In this document: piece after piece, positions 10,953 to 20,031 of the stretch | How the letters are laid out: every line of letters begins with the position of its first letter | Numbering within the stretch: position 1 is the stretch's first letter | Source of the DNA: Blastocatellia bacterium | GTDB taxonomy: Bacteria > Acidobacteriota > Blastocatellia > RBC074 | Length of the DNA: 64,000 nucleotides | Assembly (NCBI GenBank): GCA_043775925.1 | Contig: JAYVRW010000170.1 | Span: 6,578 to 70,577, forward strand | Direction of reading: 5' to 3' | Notes under the pieces: generated by a model | What the model saw: only the letters and a program-made list of their open reading frames with translations | Database searches by the model: none | What the model was told of the DNA's origin: nothing | Program-made: the position numbers and the translations under genes

Positions 10953-12164
10953 TTAGACAATCGGCAGATTATCAAATGAAGCTAATGAAGAATAGTTACT
11001 AAAGTTACCCCATGTCGAGAAATCTGACTTCTTTTGTACTTTCTGTTGCTCAGCTCGATTGGCTTTTGTGAGCCGCCACTTGAGCTGACCGGATAATTCT
11101 TCAGCAAAACAAATGAGTTGCTCTGAAGTGAAAGAGCGCAAAAGATGTTTTTGCATTTCCTGCTCCATCTTTCGGCGATGATCGCTGACTGACGAATCAG
11201 ACATGCCAACCATGTCTGCAATGACTAACTGAGATGGTTCAGTTGGGTCAAAATAGTAATGCCATAAAATACGCCAGAATTTTTCCGTTCGCAGTGGTTG
11301 AAAACGTGTTATGCGATCTACTTTCGCCAAAAAGTCATGAGCGGCACGGCGTGCCAGCATTTCCTCTTCACGGCGCAGGTTAATTCCTTCGGGACAATCA
11401 TTTTCAGAAATTATCATTTTCTCCCACGAATGAGAACCTTCCGCCTGTTCCGAAATTTGATCTATTGAAGACACTTCAGCGTCATAAATAGGAAGCCTCG
11501 ACAAAGCAAGCGTTCGCAACGCTCGCAGGGAAATCGGTGAATCCAGTTGCTTGAAAATTTCCTCTAATAATTCTACTAATTCCTGATTGGTTACGATTAC
11601 CTGCGCGTCACCCTTGCACCCCACCCGCCGCCGATTGCGAATTCTGGCAGGGACGTTAGACATTAATTCTTCCAGTTGGGCAATATCCTTGACAGATTTA
11701 TCAGTACCCCATTCTCGTAAGCCGTAGACAACATTCACTGCCTGACGATAGCGCGCTGTTTGATGAGGTTCCGGTGAGCGAAAAATTTTGAAACGTGGGT
11801 CAGATTCGAGCAAGCCACTAATGCGCCTGACGATTCGATAATTTTCAGGCTGCTTACGACGCAACGTCCCGATCAGCATGTTGGTCAATTCGACCTGAAA
11901 AATTTCGCGCTCAATTTCTGTATCACTCATCTCATCTTGCAGATAATGTTTGAAGCGCGACTTCTCCAATAATAATAAATACAGGTCTTGTGTTAAATCC
12001 GGGAGGGATAAAAGCGAAGTTGTATTTTTAGCATTATGTTGATTGCGCTGTGCTGAGCGGATCAGTGGATGGATTGAAACCAGACGGTGGAGTGATTGCC
12101 ACAGCGTTGCGTCATCATTATTTTCGAGCAACGATTTCCAGGACTTGGTGGAGACAGCTTTCAT
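10953..12164 (-). CDS. hypothetical regulator with sigma-70 region-4-like HTH
   Basis: 'WRILWHYYFDPTEPSQLVIADMVGMSDSSVSDHRRKM' resembles sigma region 4; start uncertain (track start is TTG at 12227; first ATG at 12164 has no obvious SD). Confidence 0.35.
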   Translation of the reverse strand: MKAVSTKSWKSLLENNDDATLWQSLHRLVSIHPLIRSAQRNQHNAKNTTSLLSLPDLTQDLYLLLLEKSRFKHYLQDEMSDTEIEREIFQVELTNMLIGTLRRKQPENYRIVRRISGLLESDPRFKIFRSPEPHQTARYRQAVNVVYGLREWGTDKSVKDIAQLEELMSNVPARIRNRRRVGCKGDAQVIVTNQELVELLEEIFKQLDSPISLRALRTLALSRLPIYDAEVSSIDQISEQAEGSHSWEKMIISENDCPEGINLRREEEMLARRAAHDFLAKVDRITRFQPLRTEKFWRILWHYYFDPTEPSQLVIADMVGMSDSSVSDHRRKMEQEMQKHLLRSFTSEQLICFAEELSGQLKWRLTKANRAEQQKVQKKSDFSTWGNFSNYSSLASFDNLPIV

Positions 12165-12816
12165 TATAAAACCCGGTGAGGTGGTCAGGTAATGTGTATG
12201 GTTCACCTGAGGCGTCAACAATGCCAATTACATACTATTGACGCATATTTTATAACTACTCTGAAAAAGAAGGTTGTTTGCTGACAACTCTGGTGTGCCA
12301 AGCACACTCTTGTTCAGAAAATATTTAGAAATGCGTTAAAGGGGGCGATGCGCCTGGGGCAGCAAATCGCACTTGTTTATGCCAGCTTCCTGCCGGAAAG
12401 ATAGCGAAGAAGGAATTATAACCGGGAATGAGAAGAGCTTCTATTTCAGCATTTGGGATAAAGCTCTGCCCGAATGAGGTCGGTTACAGAATCCGTAATA
12501 AAATCGTCAAAGAGCCAGGGCTTTTTACGAAGTAATATTCACCTGTAATCAAAAATCTTGCGCTGAACTGCGCGATGACTCCAGCATAATGTGGTGAGAC
12601 ACCGTGCCAGACCAAATGGAATATTTGAAAAATCCAATGTCTAACATTATACAAACAACCGCCGACAGTAGCCAGCTTTTTTTTAAAAGATGTCATAATT
12701 TTATCATCATTCTGTAACAGCTTGCATTTCATCGATAACGAGACCCCAATCGTTCAGTGAAGCGTTTGCCGTCTCACGCTGGCTATGGTAAAAACTATTT
12801 CATCGTCACCTCGAAT

Positions 12817-12893
12817 GCGCCTGTAGCTCAGCTGGATAGAGCACTAGACTTCGAATCTATAGGTCGGGGGTTCGAATCCCTCCGGGCGCACCA
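12817..12893 (+). tRNA. tRNA-Arg (anticodon UCG)
   Basis: Cloverleaf read by hand: acceptor GCGCCTG/CGGGCGC, anticodon loop CTTCGAA, T-loop TTCGAAT, CCA encoded. Confidence 0.9.
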
Positions 12894-13011
12894 TTAAACT
12901 CCAAAATAATTTTCCATCTGTAGGGAATTCAAATGAAAGCGGGTTCAGAATCCGTCTGTCTCTATGATAAAATGATTATTCTTTAATTTGAAACTAAGAG
13001 TGAGGTTACTC

Positions 13012-13296
13012 ATGACTACGATTGATTGCACACGTTGTGGAAATAATTTTGCCAGCCTGGAAAAAACGCCGTTTGGCGGTGCACTTGGTAAACGCATTCA
13101 TGAGAATATTTGTCATGGCTGTTGGAAGGAATGGTTAGCCAAGCAAAATCAACTGATTAATCATTTTGGACTCAGCACAATCAATCCCGAGCATCAACAG
13201 TTCTTGATCGAAAACATGAAAACGTTCCTTTTCAACGAAGGGCAATTACCGCAAGCAGTGATTGACTCGACGCTGGAAGGCACGATTACTCACTAA
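13012..13296 (+). CDS. yggX: Fe(II)-trafficking / oxidative-damage protection protein YggX
   Basis: '[46 protein letters not shown]' YggX signature; ATG with GAGGT SD (track's TTG extension rejected). Confidence 0.8.
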   Translation: MTTIDCTRCGNNFASLEKTPFGGALGKRIHENICHGCWKEWLAKQNQLINHFGLSTINPEHQQFLIENMKTFLFNEGQLPQAVIDSTLEGTITH

Positions 13297-13299
13297 GTT

Positions 13300-13962
13300 A
13301 TGACAAACGAAAAAGAGTATGTTGGCATCAGAGTCGAAGACGATTCGGGCATCCGTGAAGTGCGTGACCTGATGGCTCCTTACAGCACGGCGGTAGAATC
13401 CAAAAGTTTGTGGGCAGAAGCGCGGTCATTGATGCGCGATATTCTCATTGCCTGTTTGATTGCAACGTTCATTATTTTCTTTCTGGTGCGTCCGGTGCGT
13501 GTCGAAGGGGAAAGCATGAAGCCCAGATTGCAGGATCGTGATCGTATTTTCGTCAATCAAATGGTGTATTCCATGCGTGAATGGTTTGGCGATACCCAGC
13601 CCATCAAACGCGGAGATATTGTTGTTTTATATTATCCACGCGACCCTTCAAAATCTTATATTAAGCGCGTCATTGGATTACCTGGAGAGCAAGTCACCAT
13701 TGAAAATGGCAAGCTTTATATTAACGGCGTCCTACAACAAGAACCTTATTTAACGCCGGAAAATGTGAATTCTTACCATCGAAGCTCAGTCACTGAGCAG
13801 GTGGAAGATCACCATTATTTTGTGATGGGCGACAACCGGAATTACAGCAGCGACAGTCGTGATTGGGGCTTGGTGCCGGAAAAATATATCTACGGCAAAG
13901 CGATGTACCGCTACTATTCGCCCCTGAACTGGTTTGCGAATGTTGGCTCACTGAACAATTAG
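13300..13962 (+). CDS. lepB: signal peptidase I
   Basis: 'GESMKPRL', 'RGDIVV', 'GDNRNYSSDSRDWG' S26 motifs. Confidence 0.85.
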   Translation: MTNEKEYVGIRVEDDSGIREVRDLMAPYSTAVESKSLWAEARSLMRDILIACLIATFIIFFLVRPVRVEGESMKPRLQDRDRIFVNQMVYSMREWFGDTQPIKRGDIVVLYYPRDPSKSYIKRVIGLPGEQVTIENGKLYINGVLQQEPYLTPENVNSYHRSSVTEQVEDHHYFVMGDNRNYSSDSRDWGLVPEKYIYGKAMYRYYSPLNWFANVGSLNN

Positions 13963-13982
13963 TAAAGAGGAATAATTAATCA

Positions 13983-15209
13983 ATGACTAATGAAGCGATT
14001 CTTGCGCTGGAAGATGGGCGCATCTTTCGTGGCACAGCCTGCGGCACTTCCGGTGAGTGTACGGGGGAAATTGTTTTCAATACTTCGATGGCGGGCTATC
14101 AGGAAATTCTCACCGATCCATCCTACGCCGGACAAATCGTGACGATGACGTATCCGCAGATCGGCAACTATGGCGTCAATCCCGAAGACGTTGAATCGCG
14201 TCGTCCTTTCATTCAGGGATTTGTCGTCCGTGAGATGTCCGAAGTCACTTCCAACTGGCGCGCTACGATGTCGCTGGATGATTATCTCAAGGAATACGGG
14301 ATCGTTGGAATTTCTGAAATTGATACGCGGGCGCTGGTTCGCCACATCCGCGAAAAAGGCGCGATGCGTGCCTGTATTTCTTCCGTAGACCTCGACGAAA
14401 AAAGTTTGATTGCTAAAGCCCAGGCTGCGCCGTCAATGCTTGGACGAAATTTAGTGGATGAAGTCACGTGTGGCGATAGCTACGAATGGTCAGAAGCCAT
14501 TGAAGCCATCGCCGGAGAGAAACTCCACCGCACCGAAGCGCTTGACGAATTCGCAGTGAATTTCACTCCGCACGAAGCCTTGGAAATGAGCGGCACTATC
14601 AACACGGAATCTTTCCACGTCGTCGCTTACGATTTCGGTATCAAATATTACATTTTACGTTATTTGGCTGCGCTGGGTTGTCGTGTGACCGTAGTTCCGG
14701 CGCGAACTTCCGCTGCCGATGTTTTAGCCATGAATCCCGATGGAGTCTTTTTATCGAATGGTCCCGGTGATCCGGCTGCGCTCGAACCCATTGTTGACGA
14801 AATCAAAAAACTGGTTGGAAAAAAGCCAATTTTTGGAATTTGTCTGGGACATCAGGTTTTGGGAGCAGCTTTTGGCGGGACGACTTTTAAATTAAAATTC
14901 GGACATCGTGGAGGCAATCAGCCGATCAAAAATACACGGACCGACAAGATCGAAATCGCCGCGCACAATCACGGCTTCGCGGTTGATCCGAACAGCCTGA
15001 ATCAGGACGAAATTGAATTGACGCATTGGAATATCAACGACCATACACTGGCTGGAATCCGCCATCGGACGCTGCCAGTATTTTCCGTGCAATACCATCC
15101 TGAATCCAGCCCGGGTCCGCACGATTCAGCGTATTTGTTTCATGAGTTTATTGCGGATATGAAAGCGTTCCGCGATGGCGTCAAGCAAAAAGGACAGGGG
15201 AAGAGTTAA
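13983..15209 (+). CDS. carA: carbamoyl-phosphate synthase small (glutamine amidotransferase) subunit
   Basis: CarA N-domain plus 'GICLGHQ' class-I GATase triad region. Confidence 0.9.
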   Translation: MTNEAILALEDGRIFRGTACGTSGECTGEIVFNTSMAGYQEILTDPSYAGQIVTMTYPQIGNYGVNPEDVESRRPFIQGFVVREMSEVTSNWRATMSLDDYLKEYGIVGISEIDTRALVRHIREKGAMRACISSVDLDEKSLIAKAQAAPSMLGRNLVDEVTCGDSYEWSEAIEAIAGEKLHRTEALDEFAVNFTPHEALEMSGTINTESFHVVAYDFGIKYYILRYLAALGCRVTVVPARTSAADVLAMNPDGVFLSNGPGDPAALEPIVDEIKKLVGKKPIFGICLGHQVLGAAFGGTTFKLKFGHRGGNQPIKNTRTDKIEIAAHNHGFAVDPNSLNQDEIELTHWNINDHTLAGIRHRTLPVFSVQYHPESSPGPHDSAYLFHEFIADMKAFRDGVKQKGQGKS

Positions 15210-15217
15210 GAATTTTC

Positions 15218-15312
15218 AGACAGGATTTACAAGATTTTTTGCAGGATGAACAGGACTTACGTGCAAGAATATGACTTGTAAATCTTGTCTTAAAATCTTG
15301 TTAATCCTGTCT
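15218..15312. repeat. MITE/REP-like element with 21-bp terminal inverted repeats AGACAGGATTTACAAGATTTT / AAAATCTTGTTAATCCTGTCT (PAL-2 family, copy A), 8 nt after carA stop
   Basis: Arms are reverse complements with 1-2 mismatches; the internal segment has a partial extra arm copy; a related copy lies at 35821-35880. Confidence 0.6.
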
Positions 15313-15349
15313 AAAAAAAACTCTTCCCCGAAAATCTTTTTCCTGAAAA

Positions 15350-15637
15350 CTATGAACCCTGCCAATGTTTTTTTGGGCTTGGCAATTTCTCCGGCAAGTC
15401 AATCGCGTCATCCACCAGCACATCAAGACAGACATTTGCTAATCTTGCGTAGCGCAAGAGTTCCAATAAATTAGGTTCTCTATAACCAAGTTCATTTCCG
15501 GCAATCGCCATATAGCCAATTGTTTCTTCCAATCCTAACCGATACAACATTTCAGTTTGTGACAGATTTAAAGCCAGTCGAATCTGTTGGAGCTTTTCTG
15601 CAAGGCGTTGAGGTCTGGGTCTGGCTAAGCGTCCCAT
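15350..15637 (-). CDS. XRE-family helix-turn-helix transcriptional regulator
   Basis: 'LQQIRLALNLSQTEMLYRLG' HTH_XRE; ATG with GGGAGGA SD. Confidence 0.7.
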   Translation of the reverse strand: MGRLARPRPQRLAEKLQQIRLALNLSQTEMLYRLGLEETIGYMAIAGNELGYREPNLLELLRYARLANVCLDVLVDDAIDLPEKLPSPKKHWQGS

Positions 15638-15888
15638 CAGGAAATTCCTCCCGATGAAAACGCTTGCAACTTATTGTTAAAGCTGCTATTTCTATTTACA
15701 AATACTTGCGTTCCTAGAAACCACGTCGCCGAGAGCCTACTCAGTTTGTGCTCTCCGACGGAATCCATCACGACTTGTTTAGAGACGGACTACGCATTTT
15801 GCTTAGTTCAATTGTCAAAGGTTAAGGAGTAAAAATACCAGACTCAGAAGCAATTACCAATGCTTTGTGCGGGTATCTTTACAGTATA

Positions 15889-15914
15889 TTTCCTCATGAA
15901 ATACCGTGAGGAAA
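15889..15914 (+). promoter_or_regulatory. 5'-UTR hairpin immediately upstream of SD of Cys-rich protein gene
   Basis: TTTCCTCA-tgaaataccg-TGAGGAAA 8-bp stem ending 1 nt before the AGGAG SD. Confidence 0.35.
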
Positions 15915-15927
15915 AAGGAGAAAAATT

Positions 15928-16554
15928 ATGTCGAAAAAAACTTCTCGTGTATCATTCGTTTTGTTGGCTGTAGGGTTAATTGCTGTCGTAGCGATCCTTG
16001 TCGCAGTGCAAAAATCTGCTACCGCAAACAGTCGTTCATCACTGAGTGCGGCTATAATTATAGATGATGAAGCAGTGAGAAAGTATAAAGGAATGGCAGC
16101 TTTATCATCTGAAGAAAGAAAAAATATTTTTCGTGAATCTTCAGCAAATGATAAAAGTGCGCTGTGGCAAGTACATTTTTCAGAGTATAAGAAAGCTCAC
16201 CCAGACCTTTCACCGGAGCAAATAAAGGTTCTGGAAGAGGCGGCGAATTTAGCAATTCCGCTCACTTTCAGTCTTCCTGGCAATCAGCAAATCAAGAATG
16301 CGGTAATTGGTAAGGCTCTACAAAATTTGAGGAATCATGCAGTAGCTACTTTTTCGCAAGACGAAGCAAGAAAGTTATTTGCCCAATTAGGGAATGCTGA
16401 AGCTTCTATTGTAGTAAGAAGGGACTGTAATTGTAGCACTATTGATACTTGGTGTGGTGGAAATTATTGTCGTGACCACGCATATAACGGGTGTAGTACA
16501 TCAGATTGGGGATGCGGAACTCTCTGGATGGCAAGTTGTAATGGTGGTTGCTAA
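15928..16554 (+). CDS. secreted/membrane-anchored protein with C-terminal 8-Cys module (candidate disulfide-rich peptide precursor)
   Basis: N-terminal signal anchor; 'RR' then C-terminal 'DCNCSTIDTWCGGNYCRDHAYNGCSTSDWGCGTLWMASCNGGC' (8 Cys in the last 42 residues); AGGAG SD; AT-rich codon usage. Confidence 0.5.
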   Translation: MSKKTSRVSFVLLAVGLIAVVAILVAVQKSATANSRSSLSAAIIIDDEAVRKYKGMAALSSEERKNIFRESSANDKSALWQVHFSEYKKAHPDLSPEQIKVLEEAANLAIPLTFSLPGNQQIKNAVIGKALQNLRNHAVATFSQDEARKLFAQLGNAEASIVVRRDCNCSTIDTWCGGNYCRDHAYNGCSTSDWGCGTLWMASCNGGC

Positions 16555-16663
16555 AGTTTTTCAGGAAACGCAGTTAGAGTTACTTTAACTGCGTTTCTAT
16601 TTGTTGGTTCTTAGTGAGTAATGACCAATCACAAAAGAGGTAGCTCTAATCGGAGAATAACTT

Positions 16664-17524
16664 ATGAAAATAAAACGTATAGCACTGCTCTTTGTGGTTT
16701 CTTTGCTATTAACCTTACTGATCTCTCCACTTCGTGGGTTTGGCTATGGTATTAAAGCGTCGTCATTAGTCGGATTTACCTTGTATTTTATTTTTACAAT
16801 AGTAGGTATTCGAAGGTCGGCTAATGTCTTACAACCTGCGCAAATCACGATGGCAATTGTTGCGGGGCTTTTCCTGATTCAGCTACCTATGAGGATTCGT
16901 TTTTTCACCGCAGGGTTATTTTCTTTCCCGGATTTTATCTTACATTTTCTTGGCATTATGTCTGGACTTGCATTCACTAACCTTCGTAGTCCGCAAAGAT
17001 GGTTGACTACTGGGCTGGGTTTTTTCCTGACATTAACTATGTGCGTTAAGGGCTATGATATGTGGCTTCATAGACTTAATTACGGGACATTTACAGGTAA
17101 GGTTTTATACTCCTTACCAGCAAAGTTTGAAGCCTTCGACGAAAGTAAATCCTTGATAACAGATAAAGATTTTACGAATAAGGTAGTTATCCTTGATTTC
17201 TGGAATACGAGTTGTGGTATCTGTTTTCAAAAATTTCCACAGCTTCAGAAGTTTTACGAGAAGCATAAAACTGAGACGACGCTTCGCATTTTAGCAGTTG
17301 ATACGCCGCTTGAAGATGACAAGGAAGGTGACGCTTTTAAAGCAATAAAAGATGAAGGACATAGCTTCCCTGTAGTTATTACCAAAGAAGCTAACTTAGC
17401 GGAACAATATGGAGTGACGGGTTATCCAACTACTTTTGTGATTGACCAAAAAGGCAATATTGTATTTCGAGGCGATCTTGAACACGCAACAAAGTTAGCG
17501 GAAGAGCTAATAAAATCAAGCTAA
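16664..17524 (+). CDS. membrane-anchored TlpA/ResA-like thiol:disulfide oxidoreductase (4 TM + thioredoxin domain)
   Basis: Four N-terminal TM helices; 'ILDFWNTSCGICFQ' CxxC active site; cis-Pro 'GYPTTFVIDQKGNIV'. Confidence 0.7.
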   Translation: MKIKRIALLFVVSLLLTLLISPLRGFGYGIKASSLVGFTLYFIFTIVGIRRSANVLQPAQITMAIVAGLFLIQLPMRIRFFTAGLFSFPDFILHFLGIMSGLAFTNLRSPQRWLTTGLGFFLTLTMCVKGYDMWLHRLNYGTFTGKVLYSLPAKFEAFDESKSLITDKDFTNKVVILDFWNTSCGICFQKFPQLQKFYEKHKTETTLRILAVDTPLEDDKEGDAFKAIKDEGHSFPVVITKEANLAEQYGVTGYPTTFVIDQKGNIVFRGDLEHATKLAEELIKSS

Positions 17525-17563
17525 TATTCTGAAAGCATGCTAATCCAATCTTTCTTAGTCTCT

Positions 17564-18937
17564 TTACAAATCGTCAAAATAAACCACGTGCGAACTCCGC
17601 CAAATGTTCGCAGGAATTGATCCCCGTTGCGCTGAAGTCAGCAGGATTTTGAATTCGTCGTCGGCTAAGGCGGGGAGGCGTTGCAATAAATTTACAGGAG
17701 CATCTTCCAGCTTTTCCGAAACAAAGGGCGTAACACGCGCTAATTGTTTGAGCATCGCGTACCGATGATCGTTGTCGCGTCCGAAGTGTGAATCGTATTC
17801 GCTCAGCATTAACCGCACGTCCGCGCCTTCGTCGAGAAAATGTGTCAGCAGGCTGGCGGCTAAGGTCACTGCTTTTTCAAAAGCAGAAGTTCGCAGTTCA
17901 CTGTTCGCAGCACCTTCCTGCTTACTATCCTCTGCTCCCTGCTCCCTGTTCCCTTCATAAGTATCCAAAGCAATAGTCACGCGCCAATCGTCATCTCTGG
18001 TAAATTCGCGCACCATTAATTTTGAAGCTTTGGCGGTGGCTTTCCAATCAACATAACGCGGATGATCGGTCGGTGTGTAGTGGCGAATCGCGTACAAATC
18101 ACTGCCGCTCCCCTTTTGTTCGCTTTCCATTTGCCCGTGGGTCAGCGGCAACAAATGATAGAAATCATCCAGCGGGAGCGGGTTTGGATATACAGTGACT
18201 TCTCCACTGGCTTCGACGTAGCGGCGGCGTTCGACAAATCCAAACGGAAATCTGGTAGTGATCGTAAATCCGCGCACTGGAAAAACTCCGCGCTGATCGA
18301 AGGTGCGGGTGATGCTGGCTTTGGCTTTGGCTCCGGCGGGAACGATGGCGAAGTGCGCTAAATCTCCGATGGATTGATCGGGAATTTTATTTGCCTTGCG
18401 AAGCGCAAAACGATTTTCTTTATCGGTTGCGGCGACAACCAATGAAAATGAAGGGAGGAAACGTTTTTGATTCGTGATGGTAGCTTCAAGTTGTGCTGGT
18501 TCACCGGCGAAAATATGGTCGGGAAAACGCAGCGCGACGCCTAAATCTCCAATGCTCAAACGCGAAGCGACACCAGAAATAATCATCGTTGCCATCAACG
18601 CCGCCAGCACCATGTAAAGCAAATTATTTCCAGTGCTAACCGAAGCAATCGCTACGATGAGGATGAAAGCGATGAACATCCATCCTGCGCTCATCACATT
18701 CATCGCAAGGCGTGATTGCAGGAATTCCATCTGAACATTTTTGGCAAGGCGCGGAACGACATACAGTAAAATACACAACGCCAAACCAAGCGCAATTTTT
18801 GAAGCTAAGGAAGCAACCTCAAAATCACCAGAGCTGGTGGCGGCAGCCGCAACCAATGCTGATCCAATCGCCCCAAAAATCAGGATGGACGAGACGAACA
18901 GGAAGCGGAGAAATTTTTTATCCTTCAGGAATTTCAA
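17564..18937 (-). CDS. DUF58-family protein (MoxR-associated) with extended multi-TM N-terminus
   Basis: DUF58 core (~residues 150-400, 'VYPNP'); several N-terminal TM helices; start uncertain (track start is TTG). Confidence 0.6.
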   Translation of the reverse strand: MKFLKDKKFLRFLFVSSILIFGAIGSALVAAAATSSGDFEVASLASKIALGLALCILLYVVPRLAKNVQMEFLQSRLAMNVMSAGWMFIAFILIVAIASVSTGNNLLYMVLAALMATMIISGVASRLSIGDLGVALRFPDHIFAGEPAQLEATITNQKRFLPSFSLVVAATDKENRFALRKANKIPDQSIGDLAHFAIVPAGAKAKASITRTFDQRGVFPVRGFTITTRFPFGFVERRRYVEASGEVTVYPNPLPLDDFYHLLPLTHGQMESEQKGSGSDLYAIRHYTPTDHPRYVDWKATAKASKLMVREFTRDDDWRVTIALDTYEGNREQGAEDSKQEGAANSELRTSAFEKAVTLAASLLTHFLDEGADVRLMLSEYDSHFGRDNDHRYAMLKQLARVTPFVSEKLEDAPVNLLQRLPALADDEFKILLTSAQRGSIPANIWRSSHVVYFDDL

Positions 18938-18950
18938 GGCAGTCTGTAGA

Positions 18951-18978
18951 GTCTGTAGAGTCTTTCGACTCTACAGAC
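18951..18978 (-). promoter_or_regulatory. perfect 12-bp hairpin overlapping MoxR stop codon in MoxR-DUF58 intercistronic gap
   Basis: GTCTGTAGAGTC-TTTC-GACTCTACAGAC; the left arm is itself a tandem direct repeat (GTCTGTAGA GTCTGTAGAGTC). Confidence 0.55.
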
Positions 18979-19925
18979 TAGATGGGAACCGGAACATTTT
19001 TCACAATTTCGCTCAACACACCTTCCGCTTCTTCGCCTCTTCGCAAGCGTGAAGAATAGCGGGAATTGACGATGATGCGATGACTGAAGACTGGAATGAC
19101 CAGTCGTTTGATGTCATCGGCTAAGCAATAATCACGGTCTTCGGTTAAGGCTAAGGCTTGCGCGGCGCGAAATAATGCGAGAGACCCGCGTGGACTAATC
19201 CCCAAATCAAGTAGCTCGGAATTGCGTGTCGCTTCGACAATTTTCATTAAATAGTCCAGTAGGGAATCATCTACTTTGACACGCCGCGCTGCCTGTTGCA
19301 GTTCAATGACTTCTTCGGCGGACATCACAGGAGCTAAATCTTCGATTGGATGATTCAAGGTCTGGCTTCGTAGAATTTGCTTTTCGTTTTCGATGGCCGG
19401 ATAGCCGATCCTGATTCGCATCAGGAAACGGTCTAACTGTGATTCAGGCAGCGGATATGTCCCGTGATGCTCAATCGGATTTTGGGTGGCGAGCACGAGG
19501 AAAGGACGCGGTAAATCGTAGGTTGTATTTTCAATGGTGACACGACCCTCAGCCATCGCTTCGAGCAGTGAGCTTTGTGTTTTCGGAGTTGTCCGATTGA
19601 TTTCGTCAGCCAGGACTACGTTAGCGAAAATCGGACCTGGTTGGAACTCAAAGCGGCTGGTTTGCTGGTTGAAAATTGAAACACCAAGAATATCGGAAGG
19701 CAATAAATCACTGGTGAATTGGACGCGCTGAAAGCTGCAATCCAAGGCCCGCGAAATCGTTTGCGCGAGGGTAGTTTTGCCAACGCCGGGAACGTCTTCC
19801 AGTAATAAATGACCTCCCGCCAGCATGGTGACGATACATTGATGGATGGCTTCTGGTTTGCCCTTGATGACAGATTCGATGGCGAGCTGCAATTTTTGCA
19901 GGCTCTCAGTAATGGTGGTTATCAA
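18978..19925 (-). CDS. MoxR-family AAA+ ATPase
   Basis: Walker A 'GVGKTT', 'LLEDVPGVGKTTLAQTISRAL', Walker B 'LADEINR'. Confidence 0.85.
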   Translation of the reverse strand: MITTITESLQKLQLAIESVIKGKPEAIHQCIVTMLAGGHLLLEDVPGVGKTTLAQTISRALDCSFQRVQFTSDLLPSDILGVSIFNQQTSRFEFQPGPIFANVVLADEINRTTPKTQSSLLEAMAEGRVTIENTTYDLPRPFLVLATQNPIEHHGTYPLPESQLDRFLMRIRIGYPAIENEKQILRSQTLNHPIEDLAPVMSAEEVIELQQAARRVKVDDSLLDYLMKIVEATRNSELLDLGISPRGSLALFRAAQALALTEDRDYCLADDIKRLVIPVFSHRIIVNSRYSSRLRRGEEAEGVLSEIVKNVPVPI

Positions 19926-20031
19926 CGCGACTCCGCTAATAAAATCAGGATTGATGGTTCAGGGCGAGCGTCTGGACAAACAATATCAAGACAAAATCGA
20001 ATGTAGCATAATCAATCCACGCTTGTCAGTT

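Noticed and set aside
12484-12732. 82-aa minus-strand ORF in the 590-bp region upstream of tRNA-Arg
   Set aside because: No SD, no recognisable motif, odd composition; more likely non-coding promoter/leader DNA
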